64,000 nt of DNA from a virus. A program made the position numbers and the translations under genes. Where the stretch lies: IMG/VR virus record IMGVR_UViG_3300040959_000769, positions 64,001 through 128,000 of that record, one strand, 5' to 3'. Position 1 is the first letter of the stretch, and each line of letters starts with the position of its first letter. Positions 1-8,850 of the stretch are shown here, in pieces. The notes under the pieces were generated by a model. It made no database searches. It had not been told where the DNA came from and saw only the letters and a list, made by a program, of their open reading frames with translations.

Positions 1-2410
1 CAGCCTCAGGGACAACAGATTTATCCGGATTGATAGGCGCATCAACATTCGGCGTCTTCGGCTTATCAGCCTTCTTCTTCTTGCCAACCAGCATTTCGCC
101 AACATTTGCTTGCTGAATAATCGCCTGACGCCGCTTCGGATTCACATAGTTAAAGCGCTCATAGAAATTGACTTCGTCCATTCCATCATCAGGAACCCAC
201 ATAGCCAAAAAGTTTTTACGCTCAGCACGCAACATGCCAAGCAGCGCCTCGTCAATAGGCTCAGTTTTTGAAACCTTCTCGTAGTGAGCGTCAATGAGAG
301 CCAACGCTCCCTTAGCGTCAGTGACATCTTCAAACTTGTCGTCACCGACTTGATTTTTCCAGAACGACCAGTTCTTCAACCGTTGCTCGTGGAACGCCTT
401 ACGGAAATCGGCGTCAGCACCCTTCCGATGGTTTTCCAACATGATTGAGTTCAAAGCATCAGGCAAGAAAGAACCTGTCTTTGACTTCTTCAACTCAAGG
501 TCAAGATCTTCAACCGGAACAGGTTTCAGTTCCTCAATGATGTCTTTTTCTTCAAGATCAATTGCAGCCTTGACAACCTTCATGTTGTCGTCGAACGACA
601 GGTCGTTGTCCCATTCAACAAAGCCACCCTCAGGAGTAACAGCAAACATCGCCATCAAGGAGTCGTCGTCATTCAAACGGTCAGCGTCCACGATTCGGAA
701 CTTGTCGTCATCGCCACGAACCACAACAAGCGACTGGCCAGTCTCCATGGAACGCTCAACGGCTTTAGCCTTAGCGTTGTCGCCGTTCTTGAAGGCACCA
801 CCGTACTGCTTACCGGCTTTTGCTTTTGAAGGTGCAGCAGGCTTAACCTTCTTAGGCTTATCAGGACTTGGAATATCCTGAGGCATCGGATCGGCGGACT
901 CAAGTTTCGCTCTCTCAACGAGCAGAGCTGAGCGTTCCTTCTCAATCTCTTTTAGTCGCGCATTCTCTTTCTGGGTGAAAGCGCCTTCCTTAGATTCAAT
1001 TGACATCCGCTCTTGGCTAAGTTTTTTCAGTTCGTCATTGATCTCAGCGACGCGATCCTTTTTCTTTGGCTTCTGGGCGCGAGGCTTCTTCGCTGGGGTC
1101 TTCTTCGCCGGGGTCTTCTTACCAGAAGGCTTCTTAGCGGGAGTCGGAACTTTCTTCGCAACCTCACGGCGACGACGATCACGACGAGGAGAGATTCCCT
1201 CCAACGGCTCATAGTCGCCGATCAACCGAGAAACGAAACGCTCAATAGCATCTTGAATCCGCTGAATTACCGTTCTCTGATCACCGTCAGACCGACGAGA
1301 CCGTCGCGGACGACCTTCAATTCCTTCAAGTGGTTCGTAGTCGCCAACGAGACGTTGAGCAAGACTTTCAGTCAACTTACGAACCCGAGGAGTCAACTCT
1401 GTCGGCTTAGCCTCAGCGCCACGCTTTTTTCGACCTGAAGGCTTCTTCTTCAAATCATCAGCAACAACTGTCCGCTTTGGCTTAGAAGGAACTAACTTCC
1501 GACGGCGCGCACGAGGCACGTCTGTATCTGGAAGATCCCCATCAACAACACCAGCGCCACGACGACGCTTACGTCTAGGAGTAATACCTTCCAACGGCTG
1601 ATAATCACCAACCAGTGCCTGAGCCAAAGACTCAAGAGAGTCGCTGACACGCTGGATCTTTTTCGCTGCACGCTCACGTCGATCTGCTTGACGCTCAACC
1701 CGAGCCGCTCGACGAACAGCACGACGCTGATCCATCGTTTCGCCAAGATCGTCAAGACGACGACCAGCATTCATGATTGCGCGACCGATACGGCGAGTTA
1801 GACCCCCACCACATCCACGACCAAAACGGTCAGTGATGCGACCGCCGTAAAGTGATCCGTCAGGACAACGCCATCCACCACCTGGACCAATGTTCGGGTC
1901 AAAAACAGCCCGGTTTTTCTTTACCTGAATATTCAGCGTTGAATACTTCTGTTGAGTCTCAGCAAATACTGCTTTGTATTCCATCGCAGCCTTACGGTCA
2001 GCGAGGGAGAACGAACTCAATGGTCGTGAAGCAACACCTTGGTAAGGATGTTTATGCTGGCTCACAGACTTACTGATAAACCTGGCACCCATCGTCTTGT
2101 GACGAGTCCCACGAATAATCATTGCCTCATCATCAGCGTTATCAACAATCTGATCAAACAAGTTACGTGGGAGACGAGACTTGAGAACCTCAAGACGCTT
2201 AGTGTTCAAGTCAAAGGACTCAGACTTTTGCAACGTCACATCAAGTGACTTGGTCATCTGGTCAGACAACATCTTTGAGTGATTTGCCCAACTAGCCCAA
2301 GTTTTAGCGTGTGGCGTAGCGCCGATAGCGGTAGCGCGATCTCCGTCACGGATAATGAAACCGTACAGATCCCCAGTCTCAACATCTTTAACAAAACTGA
2401 TTTGTTTCAT
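1..2410 (-). CDS. Large head-module protein, 3'-truncated by the window edge (>=803 aa); Lys/Arg-rich linkers, three GDY(E/Q)PLEGI repeats and an RCPDG...GGRITD...GCG motif
   Basis: Manually translated: ATG at 2410 overlaps the upstream stop (TGATG) and the frame stays open to position 1. It is absent from the ORF track because it has no stop in the window. Confidence 0.8.
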   Translation of the reverse strand, partial: MKQISFVKDVETGDLYGFIIRDGDRATAIGATPHAKTWASWANHSKMLSDQMTKSLDVTLQKSESFDLNTKRLEVLKSRLPRNLFDQIVDNADDEAMIIRGTRHKTMGARFISKSVSQHKHPYQGVASRPLSSFSLADRKAAMEYKAVFAETQQKYSTLNIQVKKNRAVFDPNIGPGGGWRCPDGSLYGGRITDRFGRGCGGGLTRRIGRAIMNAGRRLDDLGETMDQRRAVRRAARVERQADRRERAAKKIQRVSDSLESLAQALVGDYQPLEGITPRRKRRRGAGVVDGDLPDTDVPRARRRKLVPSKPKRTVVADDLKKKPSGRKKRGAEAKPTELTPRVRKLTESLAQRLVGDYEPLEGIEGRPRRSRRSDGDQRTVIQRIQDAIERFVSRLIGDYEPLEGISPRRDRRRREVAKKVPTPAKKPSGKKTPAKKTPAKKPRAQKPKKKDRVAEINDELKKLSQERMSIESKEGAFTQKENARLKEIEKERSALLVERAKLESADPMPQDIPSPDKPKKVKPAAPSKAKAGKQYGGAFKNGDNAKAKAVERSMETGQSLVVVRGDDDKFRIVDADRLNDDDSLMAMFAVTPEGGFVEWDNDLSFDDNMKVVKAAIDLEEKDIIEELKPVPVEDLDLELKKSKTGSFLPDALNSIMLENHRKGADADFRKAFHEQRLKNWSFWKNQVGDDKFEDVTDAKGALALIDAHYEKVSKTEPIDEALLGMLRAERKNFLAMWVPDDGMDEVNFYERFNYVNPKRRQAIIQQANVGEMLVGKKKKADKPKTPNVDAPINPDKSVVPEA

Positions 2411-4479
2411 CACTGAATACCCAAGATCGCTAGCAGTGCTTCACGAGAGTTCTCTAACTTATTCAGACGATCATTGAAAAGAGTTTCAACAATCTCCAAG
2501 TGTTGCTCTTCGCCTTCACTTAGTTTACCGTCAACAGCTAATTTCTCGCGGTACTCCGTCCAATCAAATTCACGTGCTCTATCAATAAGAGCATTGAGAA
2601 CCTGGATCAGAATGTCACGTTGCTGATCTGTCGCCTCAGAGAAATCTTGACCGTAAGAGGTTTTCGTTGACTCAAAGAAAGCCGGGATATCCAAAGATCG
2701 ACGCTCTTCCAACTCTTCAGCACTCAACCCAATCAGGGCAGAAGCAGGACCAATACCTGCAACGAGATCAAACTCATCCTCATTTTCCTCTTGGCGAACG
2801 CCGATGATTGAGGCAGGAGAACGGTCACGGGTGTCGGACAGCCAGTCCGCAATCTGAACGCCAATAATTCGCTCAGGAGGAAGATCACCAGGGCTCAAGT
2901 TTCTGTCAATAAACGTGCCTTCAATCACCCCGTCAGGAGAACGGTAAGCAAATGGCTTGTCGTCACCTTCGCCAGCGAACTTGACTGCTGGAGCCTGCAC
3001 ACCAAGCGACCGCAATACCTCTGATGAGAAGTGTGCGCTCAGATGTTCAAAATCAGTGTTGTTGGTTTTGACAATAATCTTTGCGCCTTCTTCAGGTTCA
3101 AACAAAGTGATGTCTTCACGAAGTTCGCGCTCCTTGTACCGGTCGCTTCTCTTCAATGCTTCAAACACGACAGAAGGATCTAACTGAGACAGAAGACCAC
3201 CGTTATTCAAATGCTCTACAGCGCCTTTAACCGTGGCAATCCGCTCCTCAGTATCCGGAGCAACTGCATCACCATCCGCAGTTGGTACAGCAGCAGTGAC
3301 CTCTCCATCATCATCAACAGCATCTTCAACTCGTTCATCCGGCTGCTCTACAAACGCACCAACAGCCCAACGAGGCATGCCCTTGTTTTTACCTGACGAG
3401 ATAGTTTCATCCCCGTCTTTGACGTCACCGATATCTTGACTGAATTCAAATGACCCGTCAGTTTTCTCAGCAATAAACTTCAGTCGAGCCGTAGGATCTG
3501 TAGAGACATCCTGCTTCTTCGCATCAGCCACGTCCTTACCCAACTGACGACGCTCACCCGTGGACAGATCACGTTTCTTATCCAAACGCAACTGCACCCC
3601 GTTAGGAGTCACGTACACCAGAGATGTGACACCCGTGTTTGACAAGAACTTCAGCTCGTCGCCACCAAGTTGTTCGGCAGAGCGTGCCGACATCACGTAC
3701 GCCGCTTCTTCCATGTTCCTGTTATCAGGAACATCACGCAGTTCCTGAGCAGAAACCACAGGAACCATCAAAAATCCGTCACGACGTACCAACACGCCCG
3801 ATTCGGCATCTTGATTCGCAACAGCATCAACAGCCTGTTTGATACCTTCAGAACGAGCCTTGTTATCCTCGTTCCCAACACGAGGAACATTTGCGGCACG
3901 TTGAACCATCAACTGTGCTGTAGCGTCATCCGCTCCACCTTCAATAACCTCAGCGTCAGTAGACGTAGAGGGAGCACCAGATCCAACGGAACGAGTGCCA
4001 CGGGTACGGTAAATCGCCTGAGCGAGAGTTTCCCGTAATGAAGGAATGTCAAACAACTGCTTACCGCAAGTTGTGAAGTTCTCATCAGTGAAACGTCCAC
4101 CAAACTGGAAACCTTCTGGGCAACGGTAGCCGCGCTCAGGTTTCTGTGGGACAGATCCACGTCCACGACCACCACCAGGGGTCAAAGCTCGAGAAATTCC
4201 AGACCTAATAGGCGAACGAGCAGGACTCACGTTCCCTGGAGCAAGCATTGAGCCAGCGGCTTGAGCAGCCTGCGATGCCCGCCCACCTCCGAGTGCCCCA
4301 ACACGCTTAACGCTTTGGTTGCGGTACAAGCGACCCTTATGCTCAGCCAACACCTTAGAACCGAGCAAAGGGAAATAAAACAACCCCGTTGCTGGCTTCC
4401 GCTCGTCGTCAAGAACGAAATGACGAATGAAAGAAAGCGGGCGAGGCAGACGATCAGCCATCGCCGCACCCGCAGCCAC
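2410..4479 (-). CDS. Head-module protein (689 aa) with an RCPEG...GGRFTD...CG motif and a C-terminal HipA/PI3-4-kinase-like domain
   Basis: KIIVK...SAHFSSEVLRSLGVQAP...IADWLSDTRDRSPASII resembles the E-x-LA-x3-LG-x2-P and D-x3-N-x-DR-x3-N pattern of HipA/PI3K-like kinases, with substitutions. Confidence 0.55.
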   Translation of the reverse strand: MAAGAAMADRLPRPLSFIRHFVLDDERKPATGLFYFPLLGSKVLAEHKGRLYRNQSVKRVGALGGGRASQAAQAAGSMLAPGNVSPARSPIRSGISRALTPGGGRGRGSVPQKPERGYRCPEGFQFGGRFTDENFTTCGKQLFDIPSLRETLAQAIYRTRGTRSVGSGAPSTSTDAEVIEGGADDATAQLMVQRAANVPRVGNEDNKARSEGIKQAVDAVANQDAESGVLVRRDGFLMVPVVSAQELRDVPDNRNMEEAAYVMSARSAEQLGGDELKFLSNTGVTSLVYVTPNGVQLRLDKKRDLSTGERRQLGKDVADAKKQDVSTDPTARLKFIAEKTDGSFEFSQDIGDVKDGDETISSGKNKGMPRWAVGAFVEQPDERVEDAVDDDGEVTAAVPTADGDAVAPDTEERIATVKGAVEHLNNGGLLSQLDPSVVFEALKRSDRYKERELREDITLFEPEEGAKIIVKTNNTDFEHLSAHFSSEVLRSLGVQAPAVKFAGEGDDKPFAYRSPDGVIEGTFIDRNLSPGDLPPERIIGVQIADWLSDTRDRSPASIIGVRQEENEDEFDLVAGIGPASALIGLSAEELEERRSLDIPAFFESTKTSYGQDFSEATDQQRDILIQVLNALIDRAREFDWTEYREKLAVDGKLSEGEEQHLEIVETLFNDRLNKLENSREALLAILGIQ

Positions 4480-5065
4480 AGCCGTCAGAGTCGGCTTTCA
4501 TCCATTCATGCTCTACTTCGTTGCCGTTTTCGTCTTCACCAATATGGATCCAGTTTTTGTCATCTCGCAGATAGTCAACAAAACCTTTCTCCATCTCCAT
4601 GAACTCGCTCAGGACTTTCATGGCGTAGGTGTAGTCACCTTCAGTGACAACATAATTCTCTTGAGGGGTCAACGCCCCTTTTTTGCCCCGACGGAAACGG
4701 CGAGCCAAACGACGCTCCCACTCTTTGTCCGTCCACAAAGAACCACGACGACCCTTGCGAGGCTTGCCTCGACAGTTCTTCATGCCAGGATGATGGCATC
4801 CCTCATTTGGCCACAAGCCAGTTGTTTCGTGGTGGAGCCAAGCGCAGATCCGCTCCAACGGGTACAACTCGGGGTGATTTGCAAGAATTCGGCGACAGCG
4901 ACGGAAACCGCCAGGTTTACGCATAATCGGACGCCAGTAGCGGAGAAGACGCTCCAAGTTTCCACGACGAGGTCCATAGCCACGAAGAATGTCACCAGAG
5001 ATCCGCTCTTGGGGCAGATCTAAAACCGACTGCAACGCCGGAGGGGTAGGAGCTTTTTCTTCCAT
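4454..5065 (-). CDS. Head-morphogenesis-associated hypothetical protein
   Basis: LLRYW...PGGFRRC..IL...ICAWLHHETTGLWP resembles a small domain often attached to actinophage capsid-maturation/MuF proteins (recognised by eye). Confidence 0.55.
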   Translation of the reverse strand: MEEKAPTPPALQSVLDLPQERISGDILRGYGPRRGNLERLLRYWRPIMRKPGGFRRCRRILANHPELYPLERICAWLHHETTGLWPNEGCHHPGMKNCRGKPRKGRRGSLWTDKEWERRLARRFRRGKKGALTPQENYVVTEGDYTYAMKVLSEFMEMEKGFVDYLRDDKNWIHIGEDENGNEVEHEWMKADSDGCGCGCGDG

Positions 5066-5073
5066 CGGTTACC

Positions 5074-5358
5074 TCAACTCTCGCATCCGCAATCGTCATC
5101 GCTCGCAAATTGAGAACGCAAACGTTCGTAAATATCTGCACGAGAAGCGGCAATAGCATTTCTTACCTTGTTAGCCAGTTCACGCTCGGGATCAGCAATG
5201 ACCCTTTTTACGTGAGTGCCGCGAAACTCGTAAGGCGTGTAGACGTACTCTGGCTCCCTATGCCGGTCAAGAAGTGGGTGTGCCTTCGCTGATGCGCTTA
5301 GATCTTTGGCACGACGAATAGCAATATTCACTTTTTGACTAGCAGTAACAGGGTCCAT
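5074..5358 (-). CDS. Hypothetical protein (94 aa)
   Basis: ATG-started ORF in operon order between head genes; GAGG upstream. Confidence 0.65.
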   Translation of the reverse strand: MDPVTASQKVNIAIRRAKDLSASAKAHPLLDRHREPEYVYTPYEFRGTHVKRVIADPERELANKVRNAIAASRADIYERLRSQFASDDDCGCES

Positions 5359-5387
5359 GTCCCCATACCTCTTTTAAATTGTAGAGG

Positions 5388-7007
5388 TCAGACTTCGCCG
5401 ATTTCGTCCTCAACGGAAAGCATTTCAAACTCCATGATCTTTGCCATGAAGTCGTCTTCTGCGCTCTTCTCGTCGGACTCGGCAGCCTCAGCCTCTTCAG
5501 CGATCTTCTTTGGCACCCAGTTCTCTGGGATGAGGTCAGCAGAGTCAAGATCCATCGCACGCTTGATGATGTGTGCTTTAGCCTTGTCTTTGTCCTTGGC
5601 TCGACCATACGCTTGAATAGCGTTCTTCAAGTCCTCAACGTCCTTGATTGGGAACGAACCGTCTTCCATCGCCATGCCGCTCTCAGCGAGTTTCTCACGC
5701 TCGTCGTCTGAATACATCCGCTTCAGCGCAAGTTCAGCCGCTTCGGCTTCAATATCAACAACTTCAGAGGCGTCGTACTCGTCGTAGCCGAAACGCTCAC
5801 CGCCGAGACCAACGAAAGCGTCGTACGACTTGCCGTTCTCGCCGTCAATCTCAAAGACGTACGAGTCATACCCCTCAAAGAGGTCGGAGTCGGCTTCAAG
5901 AACTTTGCCTTCAATTCCCAGTTCGTCTTTCAGCATCTCCAAAGCAATACGCTCGGCGCTCTTGATATCAACCAAGGCGCTCTCTGCGTCTTCAAGAGAC
6001 TTCTGACCCATGGCGCTCTCAAGATCAGACGTTGTCAGGCGATGGAAGTTAACAACTTCACCAGTCTGACCGTCAGCGAGGATCTCAAATGCTCGCCCGT
6101 CCTTGCCCATCACGTCAACGATGAACAGATCCGCTTCGTCTGCATAGCCAGAAGAAAGAACTTTGCCGCCGAACATGTCAAGAGCGACACCTTCAATATC
6201 AAGGATTCCGGGCATGCCCTCTTCGGGGGCGCAACCGCCAGGGCAGTTGGCGCAGACGTCGTCTTTGGCTGAGTAAACCTTACGTTCCATTTGGCAGAGG
6301 AACACGTCCTCTTCCTCGGCAACGCCAAGTGACTTCATCGCCATGCGACGTGAACGCTTGCCGGGCTTCATCATCCCGTAACCCTTGCCGTCCTCGTCGT
6401 CTTCGTCTTCCATCTCTGCGTCAGGAGCAGCCTCTTCAGCTTCGTCCTCTTCCTCGTCCTCGTCCTCGTCGCCGCGAACAGGAGCGGGCGCACCGAATGC
6501 CTTCTCCTCAACGTCAGCAGCGTCAACGATTTCAATTTCAATGCTGTCAGCGCTTTTCTCCTCGGCATCAGCCTCGGTTGCCTCTTCGGCATCAGCGTCG
6601 TCTTCTTCAGCAGGAGCATCTTCGGATTTTGCTTCGATGATCTCTTCTGCGTCCTTCTCAGAAATCTCTAGCTCGGCGACCTCTGTCGCATCTTCAGCCA
6701 GATCTTGAGAATCGTCTTTAGCCTCAACAGCCATGGCTCCACAAGCGCCACATACTTTGCCGCCCTTGTAACCACACTCTTTGATGTCCATGCCTTTGGC
6801 ACATTTCATAACATCGCCATCTGCACTGATCTTGACGACGGCTTTTTCTTCGGTGCTTTCCATTTCCTCTGTCTCCTTGTACTGCATTGCTCGTGACAAG
6901 CAGCCTTTGGGATTAGAGCACCCAGAACATGGTTCCATTCGTTTCTGACCTGAAACCATGCAAAGGTACTTGTTGGTGATTTTCACTAAAGACTTTTCTC
7001 TGTCCAT
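5388..7007 (-). CDS. Acidic scaffold-like head protein with Cys clusters, PepSY-like repeats and a C-terminal G.A..DGSFPI...DL.NAI.A.GRA domain
   Basis: Several CxxC clusters, a long D/E/A linker, and SAERIALE...GKVLEAD...YVFEI...GKSYDAFV (PepSY-like). It lies directly after the prohead protease. An alternative start at MESTEEK has an AAGGAG RBS. Confidence 0.6.
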   Translation of the reverse strand: MDREKSLVKITNKYLCMVSGQKRMEPCSGCSNPKGCLSRAMQYKETEEMESTEEKAVVKISADGDVMKCAKGMDIKECGYKGGKVCGACGAMAVEAKDDSQDLAEDATEVAELEISEKDAEEIIEAKSEDAPAEEDDADAEEATEADAEEKSADSIEIEIVDAADVEEKAFGAPAPVRGDEDEDEEEDEAEEAAPDAEMEDEDDEDGKGYGMMKPGKRSRRMAMKSLGVAEEEDVFLCQMERKVYSAKDDVCANCPGGCAPEEGMPGILDIEGVALDMFGGKVLSSGYADEADLFIVDVMGKDGRAFEILADGQTGEVVNFHRLTTSDLESAMGQKSLEDAESALVDIKSAERIALEMLKDELGIEGKVLEADSDLFEGYDSYVFEIDGENGKSYDAFVGLGGERFGYDEYDASEVVDIEAEAAELALKRMYSDDEREKLAESGMAMEDGSFPIKDVEDLKNAIQAYGRAKDKDKAKAHIIKRAMDLDSADLIPENWVPKKIAEEAEAAESDEKSAEDDFMAKIMEFEMLSVEDEIGEV

Positions 7008-7114
7008 GTGTTGCTCATTTAGTTTAGTCTACGCAACCAGTGTTCTGAAGTAACGACTTCATTTCGCTGTGACGTAAAATCCGACTTTACTGATATTCCC
7101 TAAGAACTTGCTTG

Positions 7115-8758
7115 TCAACTATTCTTGGAGATGTACGACTCGGTTGCTGTCTTGAGCGCATTCTTGAAGTTCGCCACGTCACCGTCAATAGATTTGATAG
7201 CGATTCCGTCTTCGTGAACCTCAGTAATTGCCGAGTAATGCTGCAAAACGGGATCAATGTGAGACTTGATTGCAAACAACTTCTCTGCTGGCGCTCGAAG
7301 TTTCATTTCAATCTCTGCACGACCACCAGCGGCGATCACTTCTTGCAACAGATTCATTGCCGTCTGGAGTTTCTCAAGATTGCCCGCGCTGATGACACGT
7401 CCGACCTTTTCCTCCAATTCATCGGACACGTCAGACTTGATGAGGTCAAGCATTTGACGCACACGAGACATGGTGTCTCCTGAGCCACTGCCCCCACATC
7501 CGCAGCCACAATCTTTTTCAGTGGGAGAACTTCCGTAAGTATCAGGAGTTGGGGTTTCGCCCTCTTCTGTCGGGTTCCCGCCTTCGTCGTCGCCGTCTTC
7601 GGCAGTCACATAAATCGTTCGGACAACAACTTTTTCAGGCTCTCCGAACATCCACTCCCCATCAACGTAACGGAATCCGACACGCATTGTCATTGGTTCG
7701 CCATCATGCATGTGATCAAACGTGACTTTCCCGCCACGGATTTCACGAACACGGATGGGGCCACCAAAACGCTTGGCGAGCTCTACTTTCAGCGAGTGAT
7801 ACTCCATCCCGCCATGACCTTTTTCTTCAGCCATCACGGTTTCAAGTTCATCTAGATCGTCAAGAGCATCTTTCTTTTTGCGCTCATCAACTTTCTTCAT
7901 CGCTTCCCGGACTACGTTCTTCATGTAGTCCTCGCCCCTGCCCCCTATCGCTAACCACTTGATCTGAGCGATCACGCCTGGAAGGCGAAAGTCTCCCTCG
8001 TGGCGGGCCACCCACGCCTCGCGCAATTCGAGAGCGTTGATCTGATCTTGAGTCTTTGCGACCCCGCCCTCTTCTGCGATTTTTGTCAGAATCGCATATT
8101 GAGCGTTGCCTTTGATGTTCCCGCCTTTTTTCCAAATCTCTGGGTAGTCCTCTTTGATCCGAGCGGCAAATTCCCTATCAAACATCTTCCATTTGCTTTT
8201 ACCAAACGAAGATACTTCATCGTCAGTTTTATCTGACTTGATAGAAATGGTACCAGTTAGCTGGTTCGCTCCGTGAAGGACTGGGGAAACTTCATAAAGT
8301 TCAACTTCCCGCAACAAATTCGCTTTGCGCTCGTTGTCGTACGTGGCTTCAAGCGTCTTGTAGCCGATTGACCACTCCTGCTCTTCTCCGTAGAAAGACA
8401 CGTTGGTGAAAGCCTCTCGCCCCTTTTCGGACTTGAGGTTGAATTGGACGCGAGCGTAGAGACCGCCAATTCCTGCTTGCTTCATTTTTGATGGCAAACG
8501 CCTGTCGGCTGGTCCAACTTCGTAAATCTCAAGAACTTTCCCAATTGGGTGGTTCCAGTCGTGTCCCCACACCACGCGAGGCTTGCGACGCTTCAAACTT
8601 TCAGTAAAAGCGCCAGGAAGGACAATGTCGCCGACGCTGTCCTTGTTGCCAACTCCGGAAACGAAGCACTCAACGATTCCCTGTGCTTCGTCTACATTGA
8701 TTTGTCCAGAGATCGCCTTGAATTCTGTGGCATGTGCGGATGCATTTGAGATCTGCAT
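7115..8758 (-). CDS. HK97-family prohead (capsid maturation) protease with long C-terminal extension
   Basis: DSVGDIVLPGAF, WGHDWNHPIG, EWSIGY, LYEVSPVLHGAN motifs; AGAGGAG RBS. Confidence 0.92.
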   Translation of the reverse strand: MQISNASAHATEFKAISGQINVDEAQGIVECFVSGVGNKDSVGDIVLPGAFTESLKRRKPRVVWGHDWNHPIGKVLEIYEVGPADRRLPSKMKQAGIGGLYARVQFNLKSEKGREAFTNVSFYGEEQEWSIGYKTLEATYDNERKANLLREVELYEVSPVLHGANQLTGTISIKSDKTDDEVSSFGKSKWKMFDREFAARIKEDYPEIWKKGGNIKGNAQYAILTKIAEEGGVAKTQDQINALELREAWVARHEGDFRLPGVIAQIKWLAIGGRGEDYMKNVVREAMKKVDERKKKDALDDLDELETVMAEEKGHGGMEYHSLKVELAKRFGGPIRVREIRGGKVTFDHMHDGEPMTMRVGFRYVDGEWMFGEPEKVVVRTIYVTAEDGDDEGGNPTEEGETPTPDTYGSSPTEKDCGCGCGGSGSGDTMSRVRQMLDLIKSDVSDELEEKVGRVISAGNLEKLQTAMNLLQEVIAAGGRAEIEMKLRAPAEKLFAIKSHIDPVLQHYSAITEVHEDGIAIKSIDGDVANFKNALKTATESYISKNS

Positions 8759-8824
8759 TTCAACTCCTCTTGTCGTAACGCTCTTAAATAATAGTTCACA
8801 AAGAGCACCAACAAGTGGACATAT

Positions 8825-8850
8825 TTTACTGAAAAACTACTTTCAGTAAA
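8825..8850. promoter_or_regulatory. Perfect 10-bp inverted repeat TTTACTGAAA-N6-TTTCAGTAAA (terminator or operator)
   Basis: Immediately after the portal stop; overlaps a TAAAAT -10-like hexamer on the minus strand upstream of the protease gene. Confidence 0.5.

Noticed and set aside
441-6708. Ser-rich plus-strand ORFs (for example 441-881, 6385-6708)
   Set aside because: They are antisense shadows of acidic/Lys-rich minus-strand head proteins.
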